This document shows positions 61,423 through 64,000 of a DNA stretch of 64,000 bases, in pieces. Both the position numbers and the translations under genes were made by a program. The notes under the pieces were generated by a model that saw only the letters and a program-made list of their open reading frames with translations, was not told where the DNA came from and made no database searches. How positions within the stretch are numbered: position 1 is the stretch's first letter; each line of letters starts with the position of its first letter. This DNA comes from Anaerolineae bacterium (GTDB lineage: Bacteria; Chloroflexota; Anaerolineae; UBA1429): assembly GCA_963675785.1 (NCBI GenBank), contig OY776562.1, positions 2,176,001 to 2,240,000 on the forward strand. Direction: 5' to 3'.

Positions 61423-62341
61423 CGGGATAAAGCTCAAAATAAGCCTTGATGGCCTCAAAATAAGCTTCAGCTAACATCTGCTGCACCTCTGGCTCTCCCA
61501 TCATTAGCCCTTCTACAGGGTTTGTCATAAAGAGAGGTTCATCCAAGGCCCCGGGGGCGTTAGAAGGACGCACAATGCGATCTGTTTGCGGCCCCAGTAG
61601 AATCAGATAGCCACCGAGCGTATCGTAATCCTCTAGGCTGCCAAAGTCGACAATATCATAATCGATTGAGGCAAAACCATCGAGGACGTATTCATGAACC
61701 AAATCTGCAAAGGTCCTGTTCTGCTCGCCGAATTCGCGATCAGCACAATAGTACGTCGTGCTGCCACTCACATTAGTAGCCACGCTGCCATCGGGATTCT
61801 CGTAAGCATTCCCATGAATAGAGAGAATCAAATCCACGTTTGCTTCATTAATGAGATCCACCCGAGCTTGCATTTCATCCGCCAGATCGAGAATGCCATC
61901 TCCATTGATCTCGTCCCAATCGTCATTCAGGCCGTAATCATCATCGCGAACCATCACAACTTCGTACCCATCGGCTTCCAGCAGTGCCTGCAATTTTTGG
62001 GCAATGGGCAGCGTCACATCCTTTTCACTCAAAAGGTACTCGCCATCCACCGAGAAACAGCGAGCGCCATAATCAATGCCCCCGTGGCCCGGATCAAGCG
62101 CCACTACAGCAGGGCGCGTTGTTGGCGCAGGTGTAGCAGTAGGAGGAACCTCTGTCGCCGTAGGAATTTCTGTGGGCACTTGGGTTGGCGCCAATGTCGG
62201 GGTTTCTGTTGGTACAGGAGACGATAACGCAGCCACCGTGTCTATAGGCTCTGCAGTAGCTGTGGAACTGGTTTCATTGCAACCCACAAGAGTAAAAACC
62301 AATACCAATAAAATCAGGACGACTGTCTTTATTTTACTCAC
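61415..62341 (-). CDS. Lipoprotein N-acetylmuramoyl-L-alanine amidase (Amidase_3) with Pro/Thr linker
   Basis: Lipobox LVG-C, PT-rich linker, LDPGHGG.D.GA, EKDVTL, LSIHGN, EPLFMTN; GTG 62341 coupled to the upstream stop. Confidence 0.87.
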   Translation of the reverse strand: MSKIKTVVLILLVLVFTLVGCNETSSTATAEPIDTVAALSSPVPTETPTLAPTQVPTEIPTATEVPPTATPAPTTRPAVVALDPGHGGIDYGARCFSVDGEYLLSEKDVTLPIAQKLQALLEADGYEVVMVRDDDYGLNDDWDEINGDGILDLADEMQARVDLINEANVDLILSIHGNAYENPDGSVATNVSGSTTYYCADREFGEQNRTFADLVHEYVLDGFASIDYDIVDFGSLEDYDTLGGYLILLGPQTDRIVRPSNAPGALDEPLFMTNPVEGLMMGEPEVQQMLAEAYFEAIKAYFELYPVE

Positions 62342-63072
62342 AAAAAATCCCCCAATTCCAAAAATGGACCGTCCGTACATTCGTATCGAATTCCACCAGC
62401 TGTCATCACTGCGCAGCCCTCGCAACGCTTCATACCACAATGAACATGCTCCATATGCCAAACTCGTCCCCAATCGCGGGGCACTGTAGGGCGAACGCGC
62501 CTCACCATATCTGCTAACCTGGCATAAAAAGCATCGCTGCCTGTGGCAAAGAGGACATCAGCCCAAAGGCAAAGAGCCTCCAGTGCTTGCCAAAATGCCT
62601 GCGTTGCACCGGCACCCAGATGTACCGAGTACTCGACATTCGCTGGCAAAAGCGATGGCGGGAACAACTGGCCCATTGTGGGTGGGTGTATAATCAAGTG
62701 CCCCGCGTCTTTATCCGAAACCATCCCCAGTAAAGGAGAGGGTGAAACGCCCTCACAAACAAGGCCGATACGTCTATTGCTAAAGCCTTCATCAACTGCT
62801 CGTCCGCAAGGCCCCAACAAACTTAGCTCATCGCCAATAACGAGCTTGCCGCAGCTATGTGCTTGTAAGGATACAACCAATCCTGTCTCCGTGCGGCTAA
62901 ATATAGGCCAGGCTTGCAACAAATAATCCTGTTGATCACGAGCGGCCCGCTCTCCCATAACAAACTGCCCTGGCCTAAGCGCCATGCTCAGTTCAGGGCA
63001 TTGCAGCCATACCAGCTCGATCGTGGATACGGGCTCTACAATGGCCTGTACATATGCTCTGTATTTTTTCAT
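62338..63072 (-). CDS. PyrK-like electron-transfer subunit (degenerate FAD/NAD domains, [2Fe-2S] motif)
   Basis: RPGQFVM, L.LLGP.G, C-terminal CGMKRCEGC...CTDGP. Confidence 0.78.
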   Translation of the reverse strand: MKKYRAYVQAIVEPVSTIELVWLQCPELSMALRPGQFVMGERAARDQQDYLLQAWPIFSRTETGLVVSLQAHSCGKLVIGDELSLLGPCGRAVDEGFSNRRIGLVCEGVSPSPLLGMVSDKDAGHLIIHPPTMGQLFPPSLLPANVEYSVHLGAGATQAFWQALEALCLWADVLFATGSDAFYARLADMVRRVRPTVPRDWGRVWHMEHVHCGMKRCEGCAVMTAGGIRYECTDGPFLELGDFL

Positions 63073-63845
63073 GCGTCACGGCCCCGTTCCAAGGACATCA
63101 AGGCAAACGCTGCTGCAAAAACTGCTGCCATGAACAAAGAGGCCAGTATTCGCTGCCCCCACCTCATTGACTCTGGAGCCAATATCACAATGGCCAAACC
63201 GCCCAAAATACTCAAAACGAGCCACGGCCAAACCATACTGCTCTGGCATTTGACGGAATATCGGCCAAGCAGCGACTCGTAGGCGCTGTTTGCCTCTTGA
63301 GCCAACTGCGCTAATGACCCATTGTTTGTGATGACCAAATCAGCACGCGCTGCCCGTTCGGCAGAATCTGCCTGAGCAGCCACTCGCGCGGTTGCATCCG
63401 CCTCAGATAGGCCACGTTCCTCAACGAGACGCCGTATCTGCTGCTCCTGATCACAAATTACAACCCAGACCTCATCACAAAGTCTATCAAGCCCCGATTC
63501 GTATAGCTTGATTGCCTCTATGATCACCACATCCGCATCCATTGTACCAAGCCGCTGCCGAATCTCTATAACAACTTGTGGATGCACTAGTCCATCCAAG
63601 ACTGCAAGAGCCGCGGGGTCCTTAAACACAATCTGACCCAACGCGGCCCTGTCTATTTCGCTACTCTCGCCGAGGATTCCCTGGCCAAAGTGTTCAACCA
63701 CTGGCCAATACGCAGCCGCACCCGATGACATCAACTCACGGGCCACTATATCAGCATCAATCAGCACTGCGCCTTGCTCAACCAAAAGACGAGCAAAAGT
63801 GCTTTTGCCACTGGCAATACCACCCGAAAGCCCGATCACAATCAT
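63069..63845 (-). CDS. coaE: Dephospho-CoA kinase with C-terminal two-TM extension
   Basis: IGLSGGIASGKST, IDAD, IDR..LG..VF, HP.V, Q..RL..RG, AD.VI.N.G; hydrophobic tail. Confidence 0.93.
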   Translation of the reverse strand: MIVIGLSGGIASGKSTFARLLVEQGAVLIDADIVARELMSSGAAAYWPVVEHFGQGILGESSEIDRAALGQIVFKDPAALAVLDGLVHPQVVIEIRQRLGTMDADVVIIEAIKLYESGLDRLCDEVWVVICDQEQQIRRLVEERGLSEADATARVAAQADSAERAARADLVITNNGSLAQLAQEANSAYESLLGRYSVKCQSSMVWPWLVLSILGGLAIVILAPESMRWGQRILASLFMAAVFAAAFALMSLERGRDA

Positions 63846-64000
63846 CCGTTTGCATCCTCGTACAACACGGTCTCCCACTCTGAAAGCAATTGGGCAAGCT
63901 GTTTTTCTGCCGCCTCATAATCTGCGCCAAGCCGATGCACTGAGTCAATATCCTGTTTGGCACTCGCCTGCTCTAGAGCGATAGATATCGTTCTGAGCCT
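63842..64000 (-). CDS. C-terminal end of an upstream gene (partial), coiled coil resembling the ABC-F/Uup C-terminal domain
   Basis: Open frame RLRTISIALEQAS...LGADYEAAEKQLAQLLSEWETVLYEDANG*, with its stop overlapping the coaE ATG (ATGA). Confidence 0.6.
   Translation of the reverse strand, partial: RLRTISIALEQASAKQDIDSVHRLGADYEAAEKQLAQLLSEWETVLYEDANG

Noticed and set aside
62110-62270. Repetitive Pro/Thr-coding tract
   Set aside because: Ordinary lipoprotein linker, not a DNA repeat element.

Overview
Gene-dense, mostly housekeeping bacterial chromosome segment with about 55 CDS, a large (Alu-domain) SRP RNA and tRNA-Ser(GGA). I saw no CRISPR array, integrase or transposase. Gene content suggests an anaerobic Chloroflexota (Anaerolineae-like) organism; this is an inference from the CpXC protein, Ig-like alpha-2-macroglobulin with PBP1C, fni plus a short-chain prenyl synthase, a MurF-Alr fusion and a GAAC-N4-GTTC-type LexA box. 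The main structure is a ~17 kb single-strand nitrogen cluster (36.4-53.5 kb): split glutamate synthase (GltB2, ferredoxin, flavoprotein, GltB1, GltB3), nadE, carA, an inserted ABC exporter, carB, a PucR-family regulator and glnA. The best unannotated signals are: (i) an ANTAR-type dual AxxGxx-hexaloop RNA element overlapping an intrinsic terminator in the glutamate synthase leader, a second candidate before glnA, and a perfect 13-bp palindrome resembling a PucR/PutR operator, together suggesting two-layer nitrogen control; (ii) a PyrD-like/PyrK-like pair lacking the dihydroorotate catalytic residues; (iii) degenerate MurF and MBL-fold domains; (iv) a CoaE with a two-helix membrane tail; (v) a LexA-boxed radical SAM gene overlapping dinB tail-to-tail; (vi) two structured intergenic regions. 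All calls come from reading motifs by eye and no database search was run. Some starts were moved from the ORF track on RBS and gene-coupling evidence.
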